A stretch of 64,000 bases of DNA from Anthoceros angustus (Eukaryota; Plantae; Anthocerotophyta), in NCBI GenBank assembly GCA_010909165.1, contig MU008181.1, positions 496,001 to 560,000 on the forward strand, in the 5' to 3' direction. Below, piece after piece: positions 24,026 to 38,200 of this stretch. Below the pieces are notes generated by a model, which was not told the origin of the DNA, made no database searches, and worked only from the letters and a program-made list of their open reading frames with translations. Position 1 is the stretch's first letter. Each line of letters starts with the position of its first letter. Both the position numbers and the translations under genes were made by a program.

Positions 24026-24482
24026 CTTCCTGGTTAGAAGGGCAACAGCATAATTCATGGTAAAGTAATCGCCGACATTTCTACCAGGCTCAAGCTCAAG
24101 CTCAAGCTCAAGCTCAAGCTCAAGCTCAAGCTCAAGCTCAAGCTCAAGCTCAAGGGTGTGAACATGGCGCTCGTACTGCTCGAACACCAGGTTGCTCAAT
24201 TCCACACCGAAGTGCTCCTCCATGGATGTGTGAAATAGGCCCTTCCAGAACAAATTAAAGTACTGTCTATGGCAAATTTGCGGAGGTCAGCTCGGTACTC
24301 CTCACGTGTGAGTGCAGGATAGTGGGAGACGTCACCGCAGGATTGAGGACGTGGGAAACGTCACCACAGGATTGGAGGATAGTGGGAGACGTCATGCAGG
24401 ATTGGAGGATAGTGGGAGACGTCACCGCAGGGTTGGAGGATAGTGGGAGACGTCACCGCAGGATTGGAGGACGTGGAGGACG
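24026..24482 (-). pseudogene. SABATH 3' fragment with (GAGCTT)11 and ~31-bp x5 repeat expansions
   Basis: FWKGLFHTSMEEHFG...(LE)n...NYAVALLTRK; the stop codon is mutated to TGG. Confidence 0.88.
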
Positions 24483-25099
24483 TGGGATTTTTTCTACATC
24501 GATTCTTCGTGTCGGACCTTTGAACAAATGTGCCTAGCATCTAGGGAAACATGGATTTTTTAAGCAGAAAAGACGAACACATGTCCATGCCCATCGACGG
24601 CACATAATTGTCTATTTGTAATTTTTGTGAGGATGTTATGGCCTTGGCAGGAATTCGTGGTAAAGTTTGCTCAACCCACCTCTTTGCCATGCTCCTTCCC
24701 CGAGTGAAATGCTCTCCCGTCTCACCCTAAGCATGAATTGTCACAAGCGCATTAGAAATTTGTAGAAGGGCGCATGAGACTTGTCTTTTAGAAACAAACA
24801 AGCGGATGCAACTTTGCATGCTGGTAATTGTGGGAGTGAAAGAGAGTCGATATTTTTGTATTTAGATATGCATGAAAACTGAAATTCAGCCCAAAACGGG
24901 TTAAGTCAGCATTATCATGTAATTTATAGAAAGATGAAAAGGAGACTTTATTATGAAGAAGAGATGGGAAATCCATCTAGCCACGGAAAGAGGAACAACC
25001 CTTATGAGGGCACCGGACCATCAGACTAACCCCGTTGTCGCCAGTCTTGTAGTTGCCTATTGCAAGGATATCAAAATAGGGATACGAAGGGCCACCCAC

Positions 25100-26550
25100 C
25101 ACCGTCAAGAAACAGCCATGCGCGCCTTTGTCCTATACATCACAATGCCCGTTGCGAGGCGATGGACACGTGCACAGAAAGCCAAGATACATGAAAGAGG
25201 CCAACCTAGTTCCTGCACGTTTGTGCTACTCCGTACAGTGCAAGGAACCTAGAAAAGGCCTTGCCCATGGCCCATGGATCTCGATGGCGAGGGGGATGAA
25301 GGCGCCTCATAGGAGAGTACCAGACTTCGCTGGCACATCCCTCCACGCCCACCCGGGAGGGCCGAGGAGCACATGCTCATTGACTAATCCCTGAGTAGGT
25401 CAAGGACAACCACATCTCGCACTGAAACCCGTCCCCCAGGCCAAAAGGTCCGCCCGAGGAAACCCCAAATTAGAGTATGGCCCTGTGGGGAAAGAAGCCT
25501 CCTCCTTGGCCCGAACATGACGCCGCAAGCGGCGTCATGTGTAGCAATGCGCTGCCCGCCCGCGGACAGCCGAGCAAGGTGAGTACCCGAGTCGTCGAGG
25601 CGCCCCAGTACCGCAGCCTCGGAGAGAGCGTGCCAAAGGCTGGACCAGCCTGTGCAAAACCTCATCGCGGTAGAAAAGAGGCTAAGCGATTCGGAAAGCC
25701 CTCGATGCAAGGCGCAAGCTATGAACCAGCTCCCTTACCTGAGCAAGAGCGGAGATGGGCACGAGCCGCCCTGGGGATGGACGAGTCCCGAAGAAGGGCC
25801 ACCTGCGCCTGCCGATATTGCTTTTTCAGGAGGGACGCTTGAAGGCCGCAGAATCTGGCCTCGGTGAGCGAAGCAAAAGAAGGTAAGGCCGCCCTAGCAT
25901 ATGTGGATAGGGAACCTCTAGCCAAACGGAGGGCCACCTGCAGGGGAAAACCGTCTTCCTCCATGACGAAGGACTCCAAAATGCGCAGTCCTAATGTGAG
26001 CGAGACGAGTGTGGCGCAACTGTCCGACGGCCGCGCACCAATCCTGTCGTTGCAAGAAGGGTCTGCTTCCCAAGGAATGACTTGTTCCGCTTATGCAGCC
26101 GTTGTTCTATTCACTCACGCTGGAGGCAATCCACGAAACCACGCGTCTGCCGCCTTGGCGTTGTCCGCTCTCTAGTTACTCTACCGTTCAGCCCTGGGCG
26201 GGGCCAAACGCGTTTAAGGACTTCGTTTCGTCCAGTAACTATCGATCCGCCCATCAGTGTCCCTCTCTACCTCGTCACCCATCGCTCTTACCCACCTCAA
26301 TATACCGGTTGAGAGTCACGGTTGGGCATGTGTAGCCACACCTGCTCATTCACCGAGCTCCTCCGTCTCGAACTCACGCCCTTCCGAGTCGCGGTTAATC
26401 ACGCCTGGCCGTCCGTAGGCGCCGGACTTACGCCAAGAGGAGCGGTGGGGGTCCTTCCTTTTTGTACACACACACCACGCTGCGTTAGGGTCCGTCAGAC
26501 CTAGATCGGCTCCGGGAAGTCTGCCGCTCAATGACCTCGGGACTCGCGTA
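25100..26550 (-). mobile_element. Degenerate CRE-like non-LTR retrotransposon 3' part (CCHC + restriction-like endonuclease)
   Basis: ARAHLRSCSGKGAGS, FSTAMRF, LDDSGTHLAR..GGQRIATHDA, DVVV.D, AFIPLAIEIHG and VSIASQRA occur in the expected order across frameshifts. Confidence 0.6.
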
Positions 26551-29500
26551 GCTGTGATACAAGGATGCAACGATAACGCGGTATCAACCCCAAAGAAAGA
26601 TCGCTTCGAGTGGCAGCCTCTTCTACTTCACGGAGGCTTGCCACCCCTATTCGAAATGTCCAAATTTCACTTGCCCCAACACGTGACCTCTCTCTTCCTA
26701 TTTTTCCTACCTATGTCTACGCCAGTGGGCGTTCACCAAGATTCCTTCTCTTGGCTCAGCGGTAATCCCGGCTGCATCTGCCGCGCAATGTCGGATGATC
26801 CAGCGACCCGGAACCCCGCAGTAGGCTCTTCCTCCGCCGGACTCGCCAGTTGCGCCACGAGGGCGACAACCGCATTGACCACCAAGTCTTCCTCCTCGCT
26901 GTCCATTGGCGCTGGTGGTCCTTGCCTCGGGTCCGTCCGGAGCCTGCTTCTTCCTCGTGGGTTGAGGCTCACTCTCATCCACCCCTTCCCCACTCGGGTT
27001 TAAAGCCACGGGACTCTTCTCCCCGGGTCCGGACTCCTGAGTCCGTCCTCGGTGTGAGTATGGTAAGGTGACCACTAATTTAGGAAACAGTGACCGTCTC
27101 TAAGTGGTGTTTTGCATTATGTTCGATTTAACAATTGAAATTATGCCCATATTGACCGATATTTTTAGGGCTATTCGTTTTAACTTCATAGATATATTTA
27201 ATTTTTTATTTGGAAAATTGATTTATTTGATATATTATTAGATTAAGTCTTGCTATATATGCTAGGGACAATTTATTATACAAACTCAAGTGACTTGACG
27301 GGAAGGAGGCGGAAACGAAAGGTGATGCTGACTTTTAAGGGTGATAATGAGGTTATCCACTTCCATCAGCCGTGCTCCTAATGTTGAGACTCACAAGCAT
27401 TGGTTTTGTGTGCATACATCCCCGACTGCACGACCTCAAACTTGGGCGCGGTGAGGCGGTTGGCGATAGAGAGTCCCTACATGGCCACACTGAAACTATG
27501 TCGTCACGGGCAATAAATTGGTGTAATGACGGTGGTCTGTGAGGCTTGGGTCGGAACTAGGTTCTTCTGGCCGGATTTGGAGCTTGGTGGTGCGGCGGTG
27601 GCGGTGGCTTTGTCACAGCGAGCGTTTGGGTTCGTCCAGTGTCACGTGCTTTTTCTGGGCAGGGGCTTTGTGGTGCGACCAATAGGCGTTGGGTCAGCAG
27701 CGGATAGGCGATAAACAGACGAGGTTTTTGTGGCAGGCGTGTGTGAGGCGTGTCGACTATTGCTATTGCACCGTGAGGTCACGACACTTGCAAGCATGTT
27801 TGGTTTGTTTGGAGGTATCTTTGGGTTCACTTTGTAAGGCTCCTTAACATGCTCAACGTTTACAATATGACTCCCAGACCAATCCGGCGGTTTGACAACA
27901 TGATTCTTCACGGAGGTGAGGAGGAAAGGCATGTGAGGAGGAAGCTGGCCGTGAGGAGGGGAAGCAGTCTGGAAAACCCATCATTTGTTACATTCCTTTT
28001 CTTTCTAGTTAGTATTGAGTCGTGGTCCCTGCACTCATTGTTCCTCTAACCTAGAGACACGGCATGAGCGGATTTGTGTGTGCTTAGCGGATGTTTGCTC
28101 TTCTTCTGCTTTGTCATCATGGGGAGGTGGGTGGCGCCTGCTCGTTTACGCTCTTGAATTGACTGACACACAATGTAAAGGTGAAATGCTCCTTTCACGC
28201 TACTTTCCTTATTTGTTGCTACCATGTGTATTACCATTTGTGTCACTGGTTACGAGGAATGGTGGGTTGGGTCAAGTTGAGGACACCATGTCACTACTTA
28301 ACGAGCGGGGTGAAGGCTTCGGCGGCATGTGGCGGGGCTGGCTGGCGGCGATAGTCGGTGGTGTGTCAAGCGCCTCTGTGCAACCAAGATGGGGCGAGGG
28401 CGCTGGGCGCCGGTGAAGGCTAGGTTTGAGCTGCAAAGTGAATGCGGCTCTGCAAGGACGACATTCTAAAAATTCGGGGGGCATTGGTGCGCTTTTACGG
28501 TGATATGGAATTGTCAACTACGGTGTGAATGTGAGATGTCTTTGAACTACGAGGTTGGACTAAAGGAGGCTATTGGAGGTGAAGATGAGATCAAGAGGCA
28601 TTTTGGGGATGTCACTAATGGAAATGATGGATACCTCTTGGGGATCAGACCTCTTGTCGACATAGAGTGGGCGCATGTTGATAGTCTTGTTGAGAAGGCT
28701 GATGGGCGGGCTCCACGGCTGTTGCATCGCAAAGGTGCGCAGTTTGTGGCACTTGGGTTCTAATCGAGAAGAAGCTTGGCAAGCGTGTGAATTGGTTTGA
28801 GTACTATTTAGGCTGTTGAGAAGAGGAAGCGGGATAAAGGAGATGCGATGGAGAAGAAATCACAGTTGTGGAAGTCCCATCTGCGAGAATACAAGCGATT
28901 CTTCACAACTGTTGTGGTGGCGGTGATGATGCGAGGAGGGAGGTTGATGTGGAAGAGTGTTCCACTCACAGTCGAGGCGGAGCGAGCAGCCAGGCGATCC
29001 TCCCAATCTCTGGAGCTCTCGAGTTGGGAAGAGGAAGCACGAAGGCCATGAAGAAGGACGGACCTCCGGCAAAGAATGTAGAAGAGGAGGCGGCAAGGGA
29101 GGCGAGTCTCCAATTCAGTTCTGCGGTGGCGGCGAGAAAAGTGACAGGCCAGGCGTGTCTTGAGCCATGGGCACCAAAGGTTGTCATGGATGAGGTGCAT
29201 GGAAAAATTCGTGCGAGTTGGAAGCTTGTCTGAGGAGGGTTTTGTCAAAAGATGGGGAGGAGGCACTCTTGGATTTGGGCAACACCAAGGTCCAGCGACA
29301 TGGTCATGAATAGTGGAGGCTTGGCGGCGAGAGTATTGACTTTGTCTGACATTGAGTGCAGGACAAAACTAAATATTCGAGGTGTTTGACCGGTTGAAGG
29401 AGAAAAAATGAGGAACAAGCTCGGACACCTTCTCTTGAAAACATGAGGATGTTCTCCGGTAGCGTTCACGGGCGCAGAACATGGATCACCTGCGTGGGTG

Positions 29501-32500
29501 TCGGCTCCCTGCCTCTCCCGCCAAGTCATGCCCCCGTCTGTAACGGCGTGTAGTGTTTGTACGCGGTTAAGTGTGGATTCTTCTTGCACACGGGACGAGG
29601 TGTTCGCACTGATGTTTTCCTTATGGTGATGTGTTGCACAGGGTTGCCTGGGTGGACGGGTTGGGTGCTTCTGGTGACGTTCACGAGATGGTGAGGTGCT
29701 GGTAGGGGTGCTCAAGGGGTTGGTGACTCATGTGTTCTCTGGTGGAAGGGTGGGTGATCACTTGGACAGGATGGTGAGGAATTGGTTCAGGTGTTCATCT
29801 GCTGAGTGTCCTGGTGAGCTTTTGGTGGCCTTGGTGATGTAGTGCATGGCTTGTGTGCAGTTATGGCCATCGTCTTGTAGGGGGTAGGTCGGTGGGCAGT
29901 AGGTAGGATGTGGCATTCGTGATGTAGTGGTAGGTTGGTGGCGGTGGTGGCCTCGGTGATGTCTGGTTTCTGGTGGATGGGTTCTTGGACTTGGTGATGT
30001 AGTGGTGGTGGGCGGGGAGGTGGCCTTGGCACCACCTAGTCATGTGGTGCCAAGGCCAAGGTGATCCCTTTCTCCACGCAACGTGGTTTTCCTTCAAAGC
30101 AAGCGTGTGTCCTAAAGTGTAATGTGTGTCATGGCGGTGGTATGCACGCGAGATGGTGTTCACTCCATGTGGCCATTGCTTCCACGATATGGCACATATC
30201 GGGCACTTGACAAACATTGTTCTTGCCCGTCAGTGCAATCTTGATGTGCACATCATGGTTGAGGCGAAGGTTGGTGATCAAAGCACCGGAGGAAGCTCCT
30301 TCCATGGGAGCAGGACCGGAGACACTTGGGAGAAAGAGTTCCTCGAGTGCATTGGAGACCCGGCGACCATGACCACGATGGAAAGACATTGAGTCACAAT
30401 CACCAGGCAATTGGTTGGCCACCCCAGACAAAAATCTTAGAGTCTCAATATGTATGTTCCATTCTCCGGTGTTTGTTGTCTTGTCCATTTTCATTTGTTG
30501 GAAGTCACGACTAAATTTTCATGTCTGACATCCGAACTGGTCAGTGCGGTGCAATTATGCCAACGGCCGATGTCAACATATTTCTCCACCTGCCGTGTAG
30601 CTGATGAATTTGCTTGCAAGGCGAAGGGAGGCACATGAAGCCTCGTGAATTCCTTTAGACCCCAATGCCGGAGGGAAAAGCCTCGTGTTGTTCGCGCATG
30701 TTTGGGGCGATTACTCGGGCATGTGGTGCTAGACTCACAAATTGAAGATGATGTTGTCCCCACCAGCCACGGCGACCCTCGGTTCATGGACATAGCTCCT
30801 ACTCCACCAAGGCCACCATACACAAGGTCCCCACAGGGTTGAAGTTGGTGAGGAATCACGGGCAAGTTGGCATGTGCGTGTTCCTCTGAAAGGACATCAG
30901 GTGTGGCTTTGTGAGGGCATTGCTTTGTTGAAACTAGATCTTATTGTCTACACTTTGAGTACATGTTTGTCCGTTCGATGACGAGCGGCCTGCTAGGTGG
31001 CGCGCCTCTCTCTCTGGTTAGTCACGGGTGTATGCGATTATTCGGCGGACAACGGTGCCTTCCTGGTATTCGAGTGGAGGTGTGGATGTAGGTGATGAAA
31101 TGGTTGTGGTGTCCATAGTCTTGTGAATCGAGTGATAACTTGGAGGTGGCGCAATTGAATGTGTTGATAAATGTGACAGGCGGAGGAGTCGGTGGTGTTC
31201 TACACCTTGACCAATATTTTGGATCATGTGGCAAGTGGCAGTGGACCGAAGTGTCCATTTGGCATTGGCGACAGCGGTGATGTCCAACTTGGTAGCGGTG
31301 TGGTGGCGGTGGAGATGCATGAGGGTGGCGCAGTGGATACTGTAATGATTGGTGCCAATCAGGTTATAACAGATAGGGTTGTTGCGAATGACGCCCTCAA
31401 TCAGGCAAACATCACAAATGTTGTGGAGCATCCTGCGATGTGGAGGCAGTGCATGGAAGTACTGATCTGGAACATACTTGCAACCAGGATTCAATGTCTG
31501 GTGCTCTTGACCAACTTGGTCGACATGACGGTGTTCTTGCAGGTGGTGTTGGGCAATCCATGCTCTATGAAGAAGGTGGGTGTCATCTTTATTCTGTATG
31601 GGAAAGCAGGCACCTAAGACTCTATATTTGAATCTTGTTGGAGCATCACAGGCATAAGCCACGTCTTTGAAAGTGTGATGATGTCATGTACATGGCCCAT
31701 GGATGGCTTTGCATGACATGTCTCATCTTAGCCATGTGTGCCAATGTATGCATGTGCGTATGGAGATGAAGGATGACATGTGATGTATGTGGACATGTGG
31801 CGGTGATGTGTCATGGCGCATACAATCTATATGCATGGTTATGCATGTAGCATGTATAGCGCATATATAGAGTGTATATATTAGAAAATACATAAAAATC
31901 GTAAATCAAGGAAAAGGTAGAATAAAACAGTACACAAAATATTATTATTTCGAAGGCCAAGGAAAGTAGGATTATAAAGTGCCCACCATCGATACGTGTG
32001 GACACTTCATCGAGAACTCCTGGGGGTTTTTGCCTATATATGTGGGCACCCAGCCATGGATTCTTGGATTGTTGATGTTTGTCTTGTTCTAATAGACAAC
32101 CATACTTCGTCCCTGTTGTGTCTTTGTCTCCTAGAGGTTCTTGTGGTTCATTGCATTACCAGGTTGGGAGAATTTTCCATCTTGATTTCACTGTTCAGTC
32201 CTGAGTCTGCTCTCTAGGCAAACCCGCCTCTTTTTGTTTCCCCTGGCCATAGCCGCGGCCAGGACAAATTAAGGCTGAGTTATTGCTCTGGGCCAAAGGC
32301 CAAGGGCGTCACCGAGCGGTGATGCTTAGAAAGGACTTAGCTTTGTGGCGAGGCTGGTGGGCATAGGCCTATCACGGGCTGGCCCAGCGACATGGGCCTG
32401 CGAACGAAAAGGTGACTTCTGGAATGGTTGATGAGTTCGCAGCCACTGTGGGTGAGTCAGAAAAAACCAATGAAGGAAGGAGGCGACATCACTGTTGAGT

Positions 32501-33899
32501 CTGGTAGGGCGCCCGACCTCGGCCAGTTCGCCGGGAGGCTGAAAGGAAGAATGTGAAATAGGCCCCAAGAGGAACGTCTGGGAAGCACAAGGGTGCTCAA
32601 TGGTCACTATAGAGGATGTGGATGAAGTGCCCGCCCACCCATGCCTCAAGGTCTTATGATGTGAGGCCGGACCCGATCAAATGCAGTGTAACATGGTGCT
32701 GGCTCAAGGGAAATGTAGAGCATGTGGAGTTCTATGTGCTATACAGTGTCGTGATGCCTTACCTAGCCAAGCCGTTTCGACAAAGCATGGCAAAGCGGCA
32801 AGGTGTTTCCTATTGGCGATGGGGTGATCATGGCTTATTATTACGCAGCGGAGCCAAATTAGAGTACCAGCTCCTCAACTCAGGTGTCCGTGGTCACCCC
32901 ACTGCAATTGAGGAGGACATGGTTTTGGCGACAAACTTCAGCATGACTTCCATCCCGAAGGCTACCCCGCAAGACATCTAGGTGTATTGGCTGAGCCCCA
33001 CAATCGCCAAATATCTGGACTGGGTGGCTAAGAGGGAGCATGTCAAGGAGGGACTTCAGACGCTCAAGTGATTGTCTTGGCTGGTATGGTCGGCATTGTC
33101 TATGCGTGGTTTTGAGTTTGTAGGCACGCATGGCTAAATTTTCTGTTGTTAAGGAGGCCCGATTTGCAATTGTGGTTGATCCACAAACAATGGTCACTGA
33201 GATGAGGCAACAAGATTTACCTCTGCACTTGACATTAATGAAACATGCCTTCAATCCGTCTTACAGTAGCACATGCCACACAACATCCTTCTTTCCACTC
33301 GTGTACCGCTTAGGACCAAATTGTCATAAGGAAATTCAAAATTACACACGGGTAGGAACCTCCGTGGGAACATAAAAAATAGGTGCTCCCGCGTGTTTTC
33401 CTACTCTCGTGAAGAACGGGAACCGATCGTGAAAAGCCAAACGCGGACTTCCTTCGCCCATTGTCTGCCATCCCCGTTGATGTCAATGTGGACACGGTGG
33501 GTGTTGCTTTGGGATGCATTCATGGCATATGTTGTTGAATTGATGTGTAAAGCTTGGATGTTCCCTGCAGATGAGGCATTACATCCGCACGATAGGTGCC
33601 GCTCGGAGAGGAGGCGGGCAGTAAGTAGCGCGATGCGTTGTGTGGCAAGGTTTCGGCATGGATTGTGCAGGAATCGCCGATTGTGCGAGGAATATGATTT
33701 TGTGATGGTGGAAGTTTCTCAAGCCGATTGGGGTGGTTCTCGCCGTGATGGCCCGCCGCCTTGTAGTCAACGACGTGTTGGGCTGAGAGGAAGCACCTGC
33801 AGGAGAGGCAAGCTTTGGCCTGAGCTGAACGCAGTAAAAGTAGAATGAACCGGTGGACATAGGAGGCAATGCACGGCAACATCGCCTCCACCTCCACAA

Positions 33900-35200
33900 G
33901 CCGTATGCATCTGGCAAGTGGCATGTACGCTGCTATTTCCAAGGTTGTTGGGGTTGATACCGCACAATCTCGCACGGCAACAACTAGCAAGGGAGCTTGA
34001 GAGCAATTTTGGATGACAAGTGAGCTCTCAATGCAATGTCGCCATGAGATCTATAGTACTTTTGAAGAGCTTCCTCAAGGACTTCGGACTTCCACGCACC
34101 ATCGCGAAAGATGAAGAGTTGTTTACTGATACGAGAAGGAGCCAGCTATACGTATGTAAGAATTTGAAGGATGTTCGGTCGGCGATCATCTGCGAGCAAA
34201 TACGCCCTGAATATCATTTTGTCGCCGTACGGTTTGGTGATGTTTTGAGTTGTTCCATTTTAGTTGGCATCACTTGGTGACCTCGTGTCCGCTGCCGTTG
34301 GAAGTGTGTTGCTTTTGATATTGGCCATCCCTCGGTGATACCAATTTGCAGAGCTATATGTAATGAAATCGCCTGCTTAAGTGATGTGCGACATTCTACC
34401 GCGGTTCTGCGAGCATCGACATTTCGGCAGTGAACTTTTGAGAAATTGAAGCCTTATTTTGTGAAGAGCCTGCAGGAACGGAACTTGTGCTGTTGCCGTT
34501 ATCATGTGGAAATGGCCTTTCTCAAGGACGCTTCCAATGCTATGTGCGGTTGTCTTTCAAGTGTGCATCCCAAAGGACAATGTCGCTGTGCGTGTGATAT
34601 ATGTGCTCCCCAAGAAGGTGACGAGCTTGTTCAAGAGCAGTGCAAGCTTACATGTGTTGTATCATTGATCTGCAAAAGTGCTTTGTGTGAGAAGGAGGCA
34701 AATGCCGGATGGCACAACCTCGCATGTTTGCAGGCACCATTGTGGCTGTGGTGGGGCAAATTGGCCACATCATGAGTCGACAATAAGCTTTCTCACCAGT
34801 CCTCGGTGGCGCTGTTTCAATACCAAGTCGTTGGTTCCTATGATGGGCATGAGGAAGAAGCGGATCAAACTTGTTTTCATGGAGACTCATCCGACTGATT
34901 TTTGTCCTACTTGAAAGAAAAATTGAAAGAGTTCATCACCTTATTTTGTCTGATGGCAAGGGTTGGAATTTTGTCAGTGCTTGGAGTGGTTCCCGATTGA
35001 TGTTGTCGTCTCTGTCATGGACTTCAGTCAGAACTATGCGTTTGGTGTTCAAAACAAAATTCAATCTATGCATTGGCATAATGATTAGGTTTCGATTTTT
35101 GTCCTGGTGTTCTATAGGAGGACGGGTCCAATTGATGCACAGGATCCGGCTGCAAACATCGACAAATACTATCACTTCTATGGGCCCTGTCCTTGGTGGC
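33900..35200 (+). mobile_element. Degenerate DNA transposase, Sola2-like
   Basis: FEKLKPYFVKSLQERNLCCCRYHVEM, Cys clusters and DFSQNYAF.VQNKIQSMHW (35020-35078). The superfamily assignment is from recalled motifs. Confidence 0.5.
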
Positions 35201-38200
35201 ACATAGTCTGGGCTTTAAATGGCGTGACATCCACAAGTCAGTCTGCCATGACCTCACCTTGAGCCACCATGTGGAATCTGCAATGGCGCCATGTGCTAAC
35301 TTGGTGCTGTAATTTGTCGAACCCTACACACTTGTTCCTCCTGGTTCCGCCCTTGATGGTGGGGAGAAGCCATGGGCAGACGAGGCAAGGAGCTTGATGG
35401 ATGCGCTGCAGACTTGAATGAAAACATGTCAATGGACTGTTTTATTGCAAGCTCATTAACTACCTATATAGCCATATGCTAAATCAGAAGGTAACAATTT
35501 ATCAAGAGGACCACGAATATACCAATTAAAACTTTAAAAACATTTTCCATGGCAATGACGGAAAGTATTGTTCCACATATTCTTGAGTTTGTGCTTCTCC
35601 TTAACTACTTTGGGGACAATCGAATGCCATGGTCGCAGTACACTTGTCTTTGGGGCGGCGGTTTCTGTTTCGCAGATCGAAGCATGGGTCTTCATCGACC
35701 TGCTGAAGGTTTTGGCCGCTATGCAGGCAAAGTTCCAAGATCAGCCTGAGTGATGGCGCGGCAGGCGTTCTTTGAGCTTGGCGAGGGACCGTGGATGCGC
35801 CATATGCCCGGGGAAGACCTCGAAGTCGCTCAACAATTGCAGCAGGAAGGGATCTCGACGCTGTTGTTGAGGAAGATTGTGACATGGGCAGTGTTATAGA
35901 CAATGAATCAAGGATGACAGTGGAAGATGGCGACGCTTGATGGCGCGGGTCTGCCCAGCTACGCAATGGAAGCATGCTGTTAGTTTCGGTCTTATGAGTG
36001 GGGATGTCTTCCACATTGCTGGATAGCCTGAACATGGCGCGTGCATGTTGTTGTGCCGGGGCCCTTGTAGGCGGCAGCGTGTTTAGCTGTAGTTGTTACC
36101 CAAGCCTCGTAACTTGAACCCAGGTGACCAAATGATACAACCCAGGCGCATGCCACCAAAGCATGCGACACCCTCATTTGGAGTCCGGGACTCGGGTCCG
36201 TCCTCCTTCCGGAGTCCGCACTCGGTGGTCCCACTCACTTAAGTCCGAACCTGTCCGGTCCTCTCTGGTTCCCGGACATCCGAGTCCGAGGCATTTCCCA
36301 AGGGTCCCTCTTCACCCACCAGACCTCCTTCCCCCTGTACCGGATTCCTTGCCCCCTGGACTTCTCCTCCCATGGTCTGCTCCGGGACCCTCTCTCCTTC
36401 TCCTGCCGTTGGGTACGACGGACTTACTTCTAGCCTTGTTGTTTCCGCCGGCCCCTCATGTTGCTCCCTCAGCCCGATCCACTCGCTCGGTCCCCTGACT
36501 CCGGGGTCCCTGGGTGTGCTATCTCCCAGGCCCTCATCCCTCCACACTCCTTCTGTCATGAAAGACAAGCAGCACAAGGTGGGATATACCCGGGATAATC
36601 CCAGCGACGAGTATACTCGGGACAGTCCCCAATTCCGCCATACTGGACGCCCCACCTACAATTGAGCAGGACACCCGGGGGTAAGGAAGAGTGTTTACTG
36701 AATGAAAGGAGCATATGGACACAATATTCTAGTATGGATATTTGCAGAATATGCTAGTATAGAAATTCCCTATTTTTAGGACATAAGTGATCAGCTCATT
36801 ATCAGCCAAGTAGACATGCTAAATAAGCATGTTAGTTGCAAACCCTAAGTTAGAGGACGGGTTGACGAAACCCCGCTACAGGCTAGTTAGGCAGGCTGCA
36901 AAAACGTGGGAGAAGGGCGCCAAGGGCAGATGCGCTGCAAAATGATGGAAATGGCTGGGCGCAAACGTGGCTGAGAGGTGCGCAAATGTGGCTGGAAGGC
37001 GCGCGTGAAGATGGCGCTGCTGGAGCAAAGATAAGTGGAGGATTAGGGCTGTTACATGCAGTTGTTGAAGTCGCGCCTGTGAGCGCTGCGCATAGGGGAG
37101 CAATCCCAAGACCCTTCTTGCTGAAAACACAATCTGGAATGCAATCTTGAAGGGAAGCTTAGATTCAGAGCGTGTTTTTGAGCAACGGGATGCTGTGTGT
37201 AGGTGTTGGTGTGATTTTCCAACTCGTAATCACGCAAACTGCGTGATCCTCTTCAATGCTGGACAGCATGCTGCAAGCAATGCTGTCCACTTGTTCACTT
37301 CAACAACTCCTCTCTTGGAAGCATGGAGCCTAGGGGAGACAGAAGAAAGCAGCGCCCGCCAAGCATCTACTGAGTGGCCAGAGACACCCAAGATGGGGTC
37401 ATGGTGGTTGTGTAGGTCCGAGGACAACAAATATTCAAGTCTGGCCCACTGTGACCTGTAGGCAGATTGCTGTTGAGGATTCCATCCATGTTTTTCATTT
37501 CGATGCAGGGATTCTGTTTGTTACATTCCCATTCAGATCCTTTTTGGGTGAATTTTAGGTTGAAGGGCACTGATTTCCGTGCACCTTGTTATCAATTCGA
37601 GGAGGGATTTGACCAAATTCATTGTCTCGTGTGTTGCTGATTTGTGCGGAGAGCTGACCATGTTGGCTTTCATGGGTGATGCACCCAGAGAGTGAGACCA
37701 CCACGCCACCGACTCAACCCGGGACATTCCTGAGGATTACTCCCGAGCGAGCAAGTGCAAGGAGGAGGTGGGCAGCCGTGGAGGCAGAAGAAGCGGGCGT
37801 AAGGACGTTGAGGACAGATTCGCCTCCAACACCTCGAAGCCACAAGTCCCTGCTAATTGGTCACCCTTGTCACGCAAATTTCGCTTGGGGCCAAGCACGA
37901 TTCAATCGCAAGAGCATCCAGTACCGCTAGGAGCATCTCTTTCGGACAGCCCCAAGAATACCAGACGGATACCCCAAGAATACACGGGATGTGGCCCTGA
38001 TTATTCAGTGGATTCGACACCATGGAGGAGGAGGACCATCATAGACATGAGAGATTCTCGGAAGGCCGTACTCGAGACATGCGAGATTTCAAGTCGTTTA
38101 TCAATGGCATGATCACCGAAAGTGAAGTTCAAACATGGTTCGATACAATCATTTATACATGTTTGAGCGGCGGGTACCTAGCGATGAGGCTTTGGACTGT

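Noticed and set aside
24315-24482. CRISPR-like appearance of ~31-bp repeats (also the arrays at 7484, 45040 and 47557)
   Set aside because: Head-to-tail repeats without unique spacers, no cas genes, eukaryotic context.
32214-32263. Helitron-like hairpin CCTGGCC...GGCCAGG near CTAG
   Set aside because: Spacing to CTAG is too long and no Rep/helicase motifs were seen.
36164-37650. Candidate 5' LTR/PBS of the DNMT-gypsy element (TG starts near 36164 and 36692; TGGCCCACTG at 37442)
   Set aside because: No matching second LTR or TSD found in the window, so the boundaries are unsupported.
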